DNA from: an uncultured Spirochaetia bacterium
GTDB taxonomy: Bacteria > Spirochaetota > UBA4802 > UBA5368
NCBI GenBank assembly: GCA_937877025.1
Contig: CALEGE010000002.1
Location: forward strand, 41,189 to 105,188
DNA: 64,000 nt
Direction of reading: 5' to 3'
Part shown: one piece after another, positions 9,710 to 19,574 of the stretch
Numbering within the stretch: the stretch's first letter is position 1
Layout of the letters: every line of letters begins with the position of its first letter
Notes under the pieces: model-generated
The model's database searches: none
What the model saw: only the letters and a program-made list of their open reading frames with translations
What the model was told of the DNA's origin: nothing
Program-made: the position numbers and the translations under genes

Positions 9710-11614
9710 TTATCTGTTATTTGTAAAGTAGGCGCGCAGCTCATAGACGCCCGCCCCCATGCTGCGTTCAATATCGAATCCTGATTTTTCCAAAAGATGA
9801 ATGACCGGTTTATTCTCTACAAGCACTTCCGCGCTGAAGGCAAACAGGCCGTCGCGTTTGGCAAGGTGCGCCAGGTACGAAAGAAGCTCGGTGCCAATTC
9901 CCTTGTTCTGAAACTCGTCCCTGACGACAAGCGCGACTTCCGCGCTGTGGCTTTTTTCATCGATACTGTACTGCCCCATGCCGGCAACGAACTCTTTTTC
10001 ATCTTTTTCAATAATCACGAGTATGGTTTTCTGCGCCATATAATCGATCACCACGAATTCCTGAAGCCGTTCATGCGGCATATCGGTTCTTCGGGAAATA
10101 AAACGGCGGTATATGCTCCTGTCCGACAACGAGTAGAAAAAATCCTTCATCAGCGGCTCGTCGCTTATCTTCACGGGCCGAAAGAACAATCGCAACCCGG
10201 ACACGGTAGTCCGATGTGTCTCAAGATAATCGGGATATTCGCCTCGCTTCCCCGGCATGAATGCCTGATCTTTATAGATAAGGCCGTTCCTTTTCGCTTC
10301 ATCTATAAGCCATTGCCTGAATTTCGGGTGCGCTATCGCGATGAGGTCCATCGCCCGTTCCCGTATGTTCTTTCCATGGATATACGCAATGCCATACTCT
10401 GTTACGACATACTGGATGTCCCCCCTGTTCAGGGTTGTGCCAGCCCCCTGATCGAGAACGGGAACGATACGGGAAACCGTATCGTTTTCAGCAGTAGATT
10501 TTATCGTAAGTATCGTTTTCCCTCCCTGCGACAGAATCGCACCGCGCATAAAGTCCGCCTGCCCCCCGATACCGCTATAAAACAGCTTTCCAATCGATTC
10601 GGCCGTCGCCTGCCCGGTAAGATCTATCTGCAAGGCCGCATTGATGGCCGTCATATTTTTATTCCTCGCGATGATAAGGGGATTGTTTGTATAATCAATC
10701 GTCCGGAACGATATGCTGGGATTGTCATGAAGAAATTCATATGTCGGCTTCTTGCCCATACAGAATGTCGCAACCGTTTTCCCCCTGTCGATAGTCTTTT
10801 TACTGTTGTCAACGGCGCCGCATTTAATCAGATCGGCAATTCCGTCTGAAAGCAATTCAGTATGAACCCCCAGATTGCGCTTTTCACAAAGATTTGTAAG
10901 GATTGCGTTGGGGAGCGCGCCATATCCCACCTGGATCGTATCGCCATCCTGAACTATTTTCGCGACAAATTTCCCGATGCGTTCAGAAATATCATCGGGC
11001 ACCTCTGTCGAGAATTCTATCACCGGCTCGTCATACTGAACGATGAAATCGACATCCTCCACGCTGATAAATGTATCGCCGTGTATTCTCGGCATATGGC
11101 GGTTCACCTGCGCAACAATCATCCCGGCGTTTTCAACCGCGGCCTTGACGATATCGAGAGAAATCCCGAGACTCAGAAGACCGTTGTGGTCCGGCGCTGA
11201 TGTCTGTATCAGCGCAACATCAATTTCAACAATACCGCGTTGGAAAAGCCGCGGGACGGCGGAAAGAAAAACCGGCGTGTAATCCGCCAGCCCCTGGTTA
11301 ACCGCATCGCGCGTATTGCTGCCGATAAAAAAAGAATTGTGGCGGAAGTTCGGCTTGAATTTTTCGTCCGTATACGGAGCCACCCCCAGCGTCCAGACAT
11401 GGATCACCTCCGCGTCAAAAAACGCCTTCGGATACGATGTGACGTACTCGATGAGGGACTTTATAAGAAACTGCGGTTCGCCACAGGCCGTGGAAATAAA
11501 AATTCTGGAGCCGCGGCGTATCTGGTTGAATATTTTGTCGAGAGAAACAAATTTCTCAGGATAATTCTTCCTGAGCTCTTTCATTATCACATCATAGTCA
11601 TTCAGCCTGTACAT
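9710..11614 (-). CDS. Acetyl-CoA hydrolase/CoA-transferase fused to C-terminal GNAT acetyltransferase
   Basis: ACGEPQ, LGVHTE, SGIGGQADF, YVVTEYG, IAHPKFR; C-terminal AEVALVVRDEFQNKGIG GNAT motif. Start uncertain (11584-11662). Confidence 0.88.
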   Translation of the reverse strand: MYRLNDYDVIMKELRKNYPEKFVSLDKIFNQIRRGSRIFISTACGEPQFLIKSLIEYVTSYPKAFFDAEVIHVWTLGVAPYTDEKFKPNFRHNSFFIGSNTRDAVNQGLADYTPVFLSAVPRLFQRGIVEIDVALIQTSAPDHNGLLSLGISLDIVKAAVENAGMIVAQVNRHMPRIHGDTFISVEDVDFIVQYDEPVIEFSTEVPDDISERIGKFVAKIVQDGDTIQVGYGALPNAILTNLCEKRNLGVHTELLSDGIADLIKCGAVDNSKKTIDRGKTVATFCMGKKPTYEFLHDNPSISFRTIDYTNNPLIIARNKNMTAINAALQIDLTGQATAESIGKLFYSGIGGQADFMRGAILSQGGKTILTIKSTAENDTVSRIVPVLDQGAGTTLNRGDIQYVVTEYGIAYIHGKNIRERAMDLIAIAHPKFRQWLIDEAKRNGLIYKDQAFMPGKRGEYPDYLETHRTTVSGLRLFFRPVKISDEPLMKDFFYSLSDRSIYRRFISRRTDMPHERLQEFVVIDYMAQKTILVIIEKDEKEFVAGMGQYSIDEKSHSAEVALVVRDEFQNKGIGTELLSYLAHLAKRDGLFAFSAEVLVENKPVIHLLEKSGFDIERSMGAGVYELRAYFTNNR

Positions 11615-11803
11615 GGCATCGTGCCGTCCGCAGGGAATTGCTACACGCGCATCGCGGCGCATACATAGCGTTATCTATAGTATTTCATACAACCCCACGC
11701 AAGTCAAACAAAATCGGATGTTTTACCAATTCTGAGATATGCCGACATTATGTAACAAATGACACCGCGAGAGGTTTATGTCGGCCGGCGGCATCTCGCG
11801 GCG

Positions 11804-12970
11804 TTATATGCTGTATGCCTTCTTTCCGTCAATAAACGTCATTGTGACACGCGAATAGAATTCTGTCGGATCGCCGCTCCACATCACAAGATCGGCGTCT
11901 TTCCCCGGCTCCAGGGTGCCGACCCTCTCATCGATCCCCAGCACCCTTGCGGGCTGTACAGTAACCGCGCGAAGAGCTGTCGCACGGTCCAGGCCCTCTT
12001 TTATCGCCATGCAGACAATCGCCTGAAAATACGGCAGCGGCGGCAATGTGTCCGATTGCAGGCAAATATCGACGCCCGCGCCGGCAAGAATACCCGGCGT
12101 TTTAAAACTGATCTCGCGAAGCTCGACCTTTTCCCTTCCGACAAACGACGGACCGACGACCGCGGGCACCTTTTTCGATGCAATATGGTCGGCTATTGCA
12201 TGGCCCTCTGTCGCGTGTACAAGAACAAGCCTGAGGTTAAATTCTTCCGCCAGCCGGATTGCGGTTATAATATCGTCGGCCCTGTGGCAGTGCGCATGTA
12301 CGGGAAACTCCCCCCTCAGTGCGCGCGCCAGCACATCGAGCTTAATGTCGAAATCTGGAATTTTCGCGTCGTCCCCACTGGCAGTCTCGGATTTTGCCTT
12401 TTCAATCTTTTTCTGGTAATCAGACGCCTTGTAAAACCACTCCCGGATCAGGGCGGCAATCGCCATCCTCGTCTGCGGCGCCTTTTCGTTTTTCCCGTAT
12501 ACCGATTTTGGATTTTCTCCAAACGCAATTTTAAGGCACGATGGATTTTTAACGATCATTTTCTCGACAATATCGCCGGAGGTTTTAATCGCGCAGAAAA
12601 GCCCGCCAAACACATTGGCGCTCCCCGGCCCCGTGTTAATTACGGTAACACCGCCAGATGCCGCTTCCCGTATGCCGGGATCCGCCGGATTGATCGCATC
12701 TATCGCTCGCAGGTGCGGCGTTACCGGATCGGTCATTTCATTGCCGTCCATACCGGCCCAGCCGATATCGCCCTGAAACAAGCCCTGGTGTGTATGGGCG
12801 TCGATAAAGCCCGGCGTTATGACGGCGCCCTCACAATCATAGCGCTCTTCGGCATCGTCATCTATCGGTCCCGGAGCAACCCTGACGATCTTCGAGCCCT
12901 CCACGGCAATACTACCCCTGAACGGTTCCTGTGTCATCGTATGGATATATGCGTTACTGAAAATAATCAT
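11804..12970 (-). CDS. Metal-dependent amidohydrolase (imidazolonepropionase-like)
   Basis: PGFIDAHTH, KIAFGENPK, HCHRADD, GTLEPGKDADLV. Confidence 0.9.
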   Translation of the reverse strand: MIIFSNAYIHTMTQEPFRGSIAVEGSKIVRVAPGPIDDDAEERYDCEGAVITPGFIDAHTHQGLFQGDIGWAGMDGNEMTDPVTPHLRAIDAINPADPGIREAASGGVTVINTGPGSANVFGGLFCAIKTSGDIVEKMIVKNPSCLKIAFGENPKSVYGKNEKAPQTRMAIAALIREWFYKASDYQKKIEKAKSETASGDDAKIPDFDIKLDVLARALRGEFPVHAHCHRADDIITAIRLAEEFNLRLVLVHATEGHAIADHIASKKVPAVVGPSFVGREKVELREISFKTPGILAGAGVDICLQSDTLPPLPYFQAIVCMAIKEGLDRATALRAVTVQPARVLGIDERVGTLEPGKDADLVMWSGDPTEFYSRVTMTFIDGKKAYSI

Positions 12971-13707
12971 CTCTTTGAAAAAGCCTCCTGCATTATCGCA
13001 TTGATCATCTCCCGGCGCGATGCATCCTTCAAAATAGTCGTCGTATCGTATGAAATGGCGGTAACGCGGGAGTCTCCTATGAAGACCTCAATGACGATCT
13101 CTTTTTTGTTCTTCCGCCTGCAATATCCGGTGGCGCAAAACCTGCACTGAGACACGACGATTTTCCCATCATAATTCGCCTGAACAGACCCGCTTCCAAT
13201 CTTTCGGCTGGCCGCATCCGCCAGTTCGTCAAAAAATTTTTTCATGTAGCCGTCAAGGTGGTCATCGGAAAACTGCGCCGAATACTGCAAAAGAAGTACG
13301 GCATCCCCTTTCTGTATCGTGTTCTCTACAGACGAGATCGCCTCACCGTACGGCGTTTTTCCGTCAAGGGTGATGGTTCTTTCTCTCCCGTCCGCATATA
13401 CATAGCGCCGGCTGCCATCCGGATCAATTGTGATCGCTGTGCCATCAGGCGTGTGTATCTCGCGCTTCCCATCCTGGTATCTGACAATCACCGTACCATC
13501 CGCAAAGACGGCTTTTTCACGGTCAGAAAATTTTGTGATAATGGTGCCGTCAGGTTTATGGTACTCTTCAGAAGTTTCATTTTTCGACTTTAGCACCGCG
13601 CCGGTATAATCAAACGTCGTCTGATATTGCCCATAGGCATTCTGAATGCCGCTCACGCCAATAACCGCGACAATCGCAAGGAACCGCATGTGCTTCATCA
13701 TCGACAT
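12967..13707 (-). CDS. Secreted hypothetical protein with tandem xDG beta-hairpin repeats
   Basis: Signal peptide; PDGT/ADGT/QDGK/PDGT/PDGS/ADGR/LDGK repeats; 4-bp overlap with the amidohydrolase start. Confidence 0.7.
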   Translation of the reverse strand: MSMMKHMRFLAIVAVIGVSGIQNAYGQYQTTFDYTGAVLKSKNETSEEYHKPDGTIITKFSDREKAVFADGTVIVRYQDGKREIHTPDGTAITIDPDGSRRYVYADGRERTITLDGKTPYGEAISSVENTIQKGDAVLLLQYSAQFSDDHLDGYMKKFFDELADAASRKIGSGSVQANYDGKIVVSQCRFCATGYCRRKNKKEIVIEVFIGDSRVTAISYDTTTILKDASRREMINAIMQEAFSKR

Positions 13708-13776
13708 GATTCACCTCTCGTATGCTAATCCATATACAGCATTCATCCGTGCCTTCTTCCGGCGGAGCGGATTGTT

Positions 13777-15030
13777 TTACGCAAAATACTTCAGCGCCCT
13801 GTGGCCGATGTCCTTGCGGAAATACATCCCTTCAAATGAGATTTTTTTCACCGCTTCGTATGCCTTTTCCTTCGCTTCGTAAAATGTCGCCCCGGTGGCC
13901 GTCACGTTCAAAACACGTCCGCCCGATGTATATACCGCCCCATCTTTCTGTTCCGTCCCCGCGTGGAACAAAAGTACATCGTCCGCCATAGTACCAGGAA
14001 TATGTATCCGCTTCCCTTTCTCGTAATTACCCGGATATCCGCCGGAGGCGAGCACAACTGTGACAGCATACCTGTCATCAAATTCTATCGTCTGGCCCTT
14101 CAGTGTCCCTGAAACCGATCCCTGAAAAAGATCGCCCAGCCTGTTTTTCAATAGCGGCAATATAACCTGCGTCTCAGGGTCGCCGAAGCGGGCGTTGAAT
14201 TCCAGCACCCGAATCGAGTCGCCGCTGATGATCAATCCGGCGTATAAAATTCCTTTGAATGGAATGCCTTCCTTCTTCATGCCGCGAACAGCCGGCGCAA
14301 GAACCTCATCAAGCACCCTCTGCATTTTACGCCGGTCCATGATGGGCGCCGGCGCATATGCCCCCATCCCGCCGGTGTTCAGCCCCCTGTCGCCGTCATA
14401 AATCCTTTTATGGTCCTGCGCCGCCACAAGAGGAAGGACCGTATCCCCGTCGGATATCCCGAGCACGGAAGCCTCCTCCCCTTCGAGAAATTCCTCAACA
14501 AAGACGCGCATGTCGCCTTTCACCATGTCGTCAATGAATTGCATGGCCTCGCGTCTGTTTTCGGGAATACCGACGCCCTTTCCGGCGGCAAGGCCATCCA
14601 GCTTGATGACTATCGGATATGTGTCGCACGTCGTTATGTACTCGACAAGATCCGCGCGCCGGGAAAATTCCCTGTAGTCGCCGGTCGGAATGCCGTAGTT
14701 TTTCATTATCTGCTTGGCAAAGATTTTACTGCCCTCGATCATTGCGGCTTTTTTCGTCGGCCCGAACGCGGGAATCCGCTGACCGTCAAGATAGTCCACA
14801 AGACCCGCCACGAGCGGGATCTCCGGCCCCACAACCACCATGTCTATTTTTTTTTTGGTGCAGAAATCGGATATTTCCTTAAAGTCACCGGCGTGTATGT
14901 TCCGCCTGTACGTATCCTCGATGCCGCCATTTCCCGGAAGGACGTACACCTCATCGGCGCTCCCGTCGTACATCAGGCGCCAGGCGATCGCATGCTCTCT
15001 TCCGCCAGAACCAATAATACAATATTTCAT
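13777..15030 (-). CDS. purD: Phosphoribosylamine--glycine ligase
   Basis: GSGGREHA, DGLAAGKGV, QDHKRIYDGDRGLNTGGMGAY, EFNARFGDPE. Confidence 0.98.
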   Translation of the reverse strand: MKYCIIGSGGREHAIAWRLMYDGSADEVYVLPGNGGIEDTYRRNIHAGDFKEISDFCTKKKIDMVVVGPEIPLVAGLVDYLDGQRIPAFGPTKKAAMIEGSKIFAKQIMKNYGIPTGDYREFSRRADLVEYITTCDTYPIVIKLDGLAAGKGVGIPENRREAMQFIDDMVKGDMRVFVEEFLEGEEASVLGISDGDTVLPLVAAQDHKRIYDGDRGLNTGGMGAYAPAPIMDRRKMQRVLDEVLAPAVRGMKKEGIPFKGILYAGLIISGDSIRVLEFNARFGDPETQVILPLLKNRLGDLFQGSVSGTLKGQTIEFDDRYAVTVVLASGGYPGNYEKGKRIHIPGTMADDVLLFHAGTEQKDGAVYTSGGRVLNVTATGATFYEAKEKAYEAVKKISFEGMYFRKDIGHRALKYFA

Positions 15031-15097
15031 AGTACCTCACTGAATGCATATAACCGCGGCAGACCTCCGCCGTGCGGAACAGCCGCATACGTCATGA

Positions 15098-15127
15098 TTA
15101 TAATTAATCATGCAAACGAAAAGCAAT
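15098..15127 (-). promoter_or_regulatory. Putative sigma70 promoter of purD
   Basis: Minus strand TTGCTT-18 bp-TATAAT. Confidence 0.5.
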
Positions 15128-15129
15128 TT

Positions 15130-16653
15130 TCAAGCGATTTTTGATCCGCGGAAGATGAAGAGTGTCCGACCGATTTTTATTTCATCCCAGTCGTACAGCG
15201 GTTTCGGCCTGAGGAGTTTTTTCCCGTTCAGATATGTACCATTATCGGATGCGAGATCGAAGAGGTAGCACGCGCCACGGATGTCTTTGATCTTGGCGTG
15301 TTTTTGTGAAACAGCGTCATCCTTCACCACTATGGCGTTTTCTTCGTCCCTCCCCATAAATAATTCCTCCCAGTAGATCGGGAACTTTCTGCCGGCCTCG
15401 GGGCCGTCTTTCTGAACCAGCCACGCCTTCGCATACACGTATTCTGGATCCTGCGGCGTAATGAGGCGCGCATGCTGTTTTTTCTCGCGTTCATCCCGGC
15501 GTATCGCCCGGATATACTCGGAAGTGAGATTCTGTACCGCCGGCGCTATTTCCGGCACGGGCGGCATCTTCGCCGCAGCAACCGCCCTGCTTCTGCGGAT
15601 AAGCACCACACAGCACGCCGCCGACAATCCCAGGAGGACGATGAGGACAGCGGCGACGAGAATCTGATAAAGGGGAGAGAATTCAAAATATTTCATCTTT
15701 TTTTCGGCTTTAAACCCGCTGACCGCCCTGTCTCGGATTCCATCATACTTCAACCGCAGTTCGACCGTATGATCCGCATTATCCGGCGTGATCGAAGAGC
15801 GGTACTGCACGACACGTTTCGTGTGGAGCATTCCCCGTATAAACGCGTACATCCCCGCGATATCGTCAGTCGATGAGCTGCATACCAGTTTGCCGCCCGT
15901 CAGCTCCGCGATCCGAGCAATCATTTGTATGCGTTTAGATTTAAGGCTGACGAAGTAGACGGGAATGCTTTTTTCCTTCGCGAACTGAATTACGTCATCC
16001 GCGCTGACACCGCTTCCCTCGTCAATTCCGTCGGTAAAAACAATCACCGCCCTGCGGTCAGTGTCGACCTGACTCAGCAGATCAATCGAATCGTAAATCG
16101 ACGCATAGAGCTTTGTCTTTGAGCCGTGACGATTGATGCCCTCCAGGCTTTTCGCAAGTTCGGAGCGGTTCGACGTAAACGCATTCAACATCCGCACATC
16201 GTCATTGAACCTGTAGATCGCAAACATGTCATCCGCATCCGCGTGCTGCACAATATCCTTGGCCGCTTTCTTCAACTGCGCAAGCCCCTTGGGGCTGACA
16301 CTCTTGCTGGAGTCCACCGAATAGACAAAGTAAATATATTCTTTCATCCCCTGCGGCGGCTGTATACGAAGATAGTTTACCCTGAAGCCGTCTTCATAGA
16401 GGACGATGCTGCTTTCATCAATATCCGGCAGCGGCGCGTTATCGACACCGCGAACGGTTATGAAAAGATCAATAAGCGGGAAGCGGGACGTGCTGTCGAT
16501 AGAATCGATTGTAATAAAGGGGCCCGCAGCGACAGGCGCCGCCATCGCCAGGAGGAGAGCAAAGCCCGCGACACAGCGTATCATCCGATTGATTATTGTA
16601 TTTCGTTCCACCATACAGTCTGTTTGCATACCGAACAGGATATATACACCCAC
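15130..16653 (-). CDS. Membrane protein with VWA domain and C-terminal FHA domain
   Basis: Signal peptide, MIDAS DSSKS and FTDG, one TM helix, FHA motifs GR, SQKHA, DLASDNGTYLNG. Start uncertain. Confidence 0.85.
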   Translation of the reverse strand: MGVYILFGMQTDCMVERNTIINRMIRCVAGFALLLAMAAPVAAGPFITIDSIDSTSRFPLIDLFITVRGVDNAPLPDIDESSIVLYEDGFRVNYLRIQPPQGMKEYIYFVYSVDSSKSVSPKGLAQLKKAAKDIVQHADADDMFAIYRFNDDVRMLNAFTSNRSELAKSLEGINRHGSKTKLYASIYDSIDLLSQVDTDRRAVIVFTDGIDEGSGVSADDVIQFAKEKSIPVYFVSLKSKRIQMIARIAELTGGKLVCSSSTDDIAGMYAFIRGMLHTKRVVQYRSSITPDNADHTVELRLKYDGIRDRAVSGFKAEKKMKYFEFSPLYQILVAAVLIVLLGLSAACCVVLIRRSRAVAAAKMPPVPEIAPAVQNLTSEYIRAIRRDEREKKQHARLITPQDPEYVYAKAWLVQKDGPEAGRKFPIYWEELFMGRDEENAIVVKDDAVSQKHAKIKDIRGACYLFDLASDNGTYLNGKKLLRPKPLYDWDEIKIGRTLFIFRGSKIA

Positions 16654-16728
16654 TACACCTATCGGTTCTTTCTATTTTTTTATGTATGATTTTTCAACTA
16701 GCCGCGGATTGCGAAAAATCCGATACCG

Positions 16729-17217
16729 TTACCTGCCGCCGCAATCGCTGACATCGCCCTGTAAAAGTTCAACCGCGTGGGGCAGCGCCTTTTCAATGAA
16801 AGAAAGATTCTCCCGTACGCCTTTCGGGCTGCCGGGAAGGTTGATTATAATACTCCGCTTCCGTATGCCCGACACGGCACGAGACAGCATCGCGTGAGGG
16901 GTGATCTCCAGCGACTTCTGCCGCATCGCTTCGGCGAATCCCGGCGCGATGCGCTCGACAACCCTCATCGTCGCATCGGGGGTAACATCGCGCGGCGCGA
17001 AACCAGTTCCGCCGGTTGTCAGTATGAGATGGATGCCTCTATCCGAGTACTCGACCAGCTTTCCAGCAATTGCGTCAATCTCATCAGGGACTATCGATTC
17101 ATCGGTTACCGAATAGCCCTTCTCCTGCGCCCATCTGCGAATTTCAGGCCCGGAAAGATCATCCCTCTGGCCCTTCGACGAGCGGTCGCTTACTGTGATA
17201 ATCCCAACGCTGATCAT
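16729..17217 (-). CDS. mog: Molybdopterin adenylyltransferase MogA/MoaB family
   Basis: ITVSDRS, DLSGP, TTGGTGFAPRDVTP, NLPGSPKG; GAGGAG RBS. Confidence 0.92.
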   Translation of the reverse strand: MISVGIITVSDRSSKGQRDDLSGPEIRRWAQEKGYSVTDESIVPDEIDAIAGKLVEYSDRGIHLILTTGGTGFAPRDVTPDATMRVVERIAPGFAEAMRQKSLEITPHAMLSRAVSGIRKRSIIINLPGSPKGVRENLSFIEKALPHAVELLQGDVSDCGGR

Positions 17218-17227
17218 GCCACCCTCC

Positions 17228-17581
17228 TCAATCGACTTCAATACTGATTATTTTAAATTCGCGCCCCGTCACGATCTCGATATCGGCAGAATCACAATCC
17301 GGACAGAAGAACTGCCAGCTATCCCGTGTCATCGTGAATTCCCGCCGACACACGCGGCATCGAAGCACGGCGGGAACCTTCGCGATTGTCAGCTCGGCCC
17401 TGTCGGCGATAGTATCCCTGCTGACAAAATCAAAATACGTCTGCATCCAGTCGGGCAGCAGATCAGACAGCTCTCCGACTTCGAGGTTTATTCTGGAAAT
17501 CCGCTTCGCGTGTGCCCGTGCCGCATGATCAAGCACGATATCCAGTATGTTTCCCATTATCGATAATTCATGCATTGACAT
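17228..17581 (-). CDS. hypA: Hydrogenase maturation nickel metallochaperone HypA
   Basis: MHELSI N-terminus, CRVC...CPDC zinc finger, TGREFKIISIEVD end. Confidence 0.93.
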   Translation of the reverse strand: MSMHELSIMGNILDIVLDHAARAHAKRISRINLEVGELSDLLPDWMQTYFDFVSRDTIADRAELTIAKVPAVLRCRVCRREFTMTRDSWQFFCPDCDSADIEIVTGREFKIISIEVD

Positions 17582-17750
17582 CACCCCAGCAACCGCCGGA
17601 TACGCTCGCCTCCGAGCGTTTCGGCGCATATTACGTATAAATAAAGCGGTACTTTGAAACTTTTACTAAATCTTTTTCCATCGGTATCTCGATACTAAAG
17701 GAAGATGCAATGATTATTTGCAAGAATATTTCCCGGCATGTCGGCGCACA

Positions 17751-19574
17751 ATGCAGCATTCAGATTATATAACAAAACATCGTCACTACATTGACAATCG
17801 AATCGCCGTTCTTTCTGGCTTTATCAACGAATCCGCGTGTGGCCGCATCGCTGACGACGGCGCCTCCGACACGCTGGTCGATTCACTGATAACAGCAATC
17901 ATGGGAGAATCTACTTTTCCCCAGACATGCGGACGGGAAGCGGCCGATGCGGTGTCAGAATTACGTCAGCTTGCCAGCCGATGGGATATCGCCGCTGACG
18001 GCGATATCATCGGCTATATATATCAGGGCATCAAAACACGGAACGCGAAAAAAAAACAGGGGCAGTTTTTTACGCCTGCCGATGTCGTTACGTACCTGAT
18101 TGACAGGGTAATTTCCCCGGATTGCGATATTGAATCGCTCAGACTGCTCGACCCCGCCTGCGGTTCGGGGCAGTTTCTCATGGCGGCGGTAAAACGGCTG
18201 ACCGCCATCTATTGCATGAAAGGCATCGGCATCAACGAAGCCGTCCGGTTAATCCTGTCACGCAATGTTTACGGGATCGATAACGACCCCATGGCAATCC
18301 GGATTGCGCGACATAATCTTTGCGCACTGACGGGGGGCGAGACCGGCGCCGCGGCAAATCTTTTTACTGCGGATTATCTCAACGATACCGCAATCCGGGC
18401 CGCGGATGACGGAAATAAATTCGATATTATTCTGGGCAACCCGCCATGGGGCTCGCGGTTTTCACCGGAAAAAAAGCGGGTACTGAAAAATCGGTTCCAA
18501 TGCGCCGCGTCAGGCGTCAACAGCTTCACGATGTTCATCGAACGCTCACTGGAGATGCTAACGACGCGCGGTACGCTGGCTTTTCTTATACCCGAGGCAT
18601 ACCTGAACATAAAAGCCCACACCGCATCGCGCCAGCAGGTGCTTCAGAACGCGCGGATCATCGATATCGCGCCCTGGGGAGAAAAATTCAAAGGAGTTTT
18701 CGCCCCCGCCGTTTCCCTGATCGTGCAGCGCGAACCGGATCAGCTCGAACGGTCGCGGCACATCGTGCAGATCCAGCATCCGGGAAAAGGGCGCGCCGCC
18801 ACGGCGACGCTCATTCCGCAAGAGCATTATTCGCACACGCCTCATTTAATTTTTAATATACATTATTCGCGTCGCGCCGTATCGCTCATCACAAAGATCG
18901 GCGACCAGGATTGTTTTTATCTCAAAGACCGGGCGCAGTTTTATCTCGGTGTCGTCACAGGGAATAATCCGAAATTTATACATACCCGGCAAACGGAGGA
19001 TTTTCCCGACCCCATTCTCATCGGCCGGGACATCGACCAGTATTCAATCCGATTCAGCGGGCATTACTTCAAGTACAATCCGGCCGCCCTGCAGCAGGTT
19101 GCATCCGGGGAGTACTACCGCGCAAAAAACAAACTGCTGTACAAGTTCATCGGCAAAAAACTTATATTTGCGCTCGACAGGAGCGGCTATTTTTCGTTGA
19201 ACAATGTCAACGGCATTATTCCCGCCGAAGTACCCCTTGAGCCGGAATGCCTTGTGGCGGTGCTTAATTCACACGTAATGCAGTATTTTTACGAAAAAAA
19301 TTTTTTTACCGTCAAGGTGCTGCGCGGTAATCTCGAAAAACTCCCGATAAAAAACATGCGGCTTGACTCGCGCAGTCTGCTGCTGCGGCACTCCCGCGCT
19401 CTAATCGACGCCGACGACCCGCACGCCGCACAGACGCACAGAGACGCGATCGAGGATATAATCTTTTATGAATACGGCATCAGGGACGGTGAGGCCGCCA
19501 TGATCCACGAAACAGCGTACAAGCCCGGTCAGGCAATATTTCAGGAAAACATCATCGGGGCTGGAATACAATAA
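17751..19574 (+). CDS. N6-adenine DNA methyltransferase, TaqI/Eco57I-like, solitary
   Basis: GQFFTP, LDPACGSGQFL (motif I), GNPPWG (motif IV), TaqI_C-like C-terminus (VLNS). Confidence 0.85.
   Translation: MQHSDYITKHRHYIDNRIAVLSGFINESACGRIADDGASDTLVDSLITAIMGESTFPQTCGREAADAVSELRQLASRWDIAADGDIIGYIYQGIKTRNAKKKQGQFFTPADVVTYLIDRVISPDCDIESLRLLDPACGSGQFLMAAVKRLTAIYCMKGIGINEAVRLILSRNVYGIDNDPMAIRIARHNLCALTGGETGAAANLFTADYLNDTAIRAADDGNKFDIILGNPPWGSRFSPEKKRVLKNRFQCAASGVNSFTMFIERSLEMLTTRGTLAFLIPEAYLNIKAHTASRQQVLQNARIIDIAPWGEKFKGVFAPAVSLIVQREPDQLERSRHIVQIQHPGKGRAATATLIPQEHYSHTPHLIFNIHYSRRAVSLITKIGDQDCFYLKDRAQFYLGVVTGNNPKFIHTRQTEDFPDPILIGRDIDQYSIRFSGHYFKYNPAALQQVASGEYYRAKNKLLYKFIGKKLIFALDRSGYFSLNNVNGIIPAEVPLEPECLVAVLNSHVMQYFYEKNFFTVKVLRGNLEKLPIKNMRLDSRSLLLRHSRALIDADDPHAAQTHRDAIEDIIFYEYGIRDGEAAMIHETAYKPGQAIFQENIIGAGIQ

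Noticed and set aside
9797..10849. 350-aa plus-strand ORF
   Set aside because: Antisense to the CoA-transferase-GNAT gene.
11759..13150. 463-aa plus-strand ORF
   Set aside because: Antisense shadow of the amidohydrolase; no motifs.
17667..17695. Possible sigma28 promoter for the methyltransferase (TAAA...CTCGATAC)
   Set aside because: 17-bp spacer and weak -10 match.
19531..19554. Sec readthrough at other TGA stops (for example 19552, 15130, 52324)
   Set aside because: Proteins look complete, no Cys-motif context or apparent SECIS, and the downstream sequence belongs to other genes or promoters.
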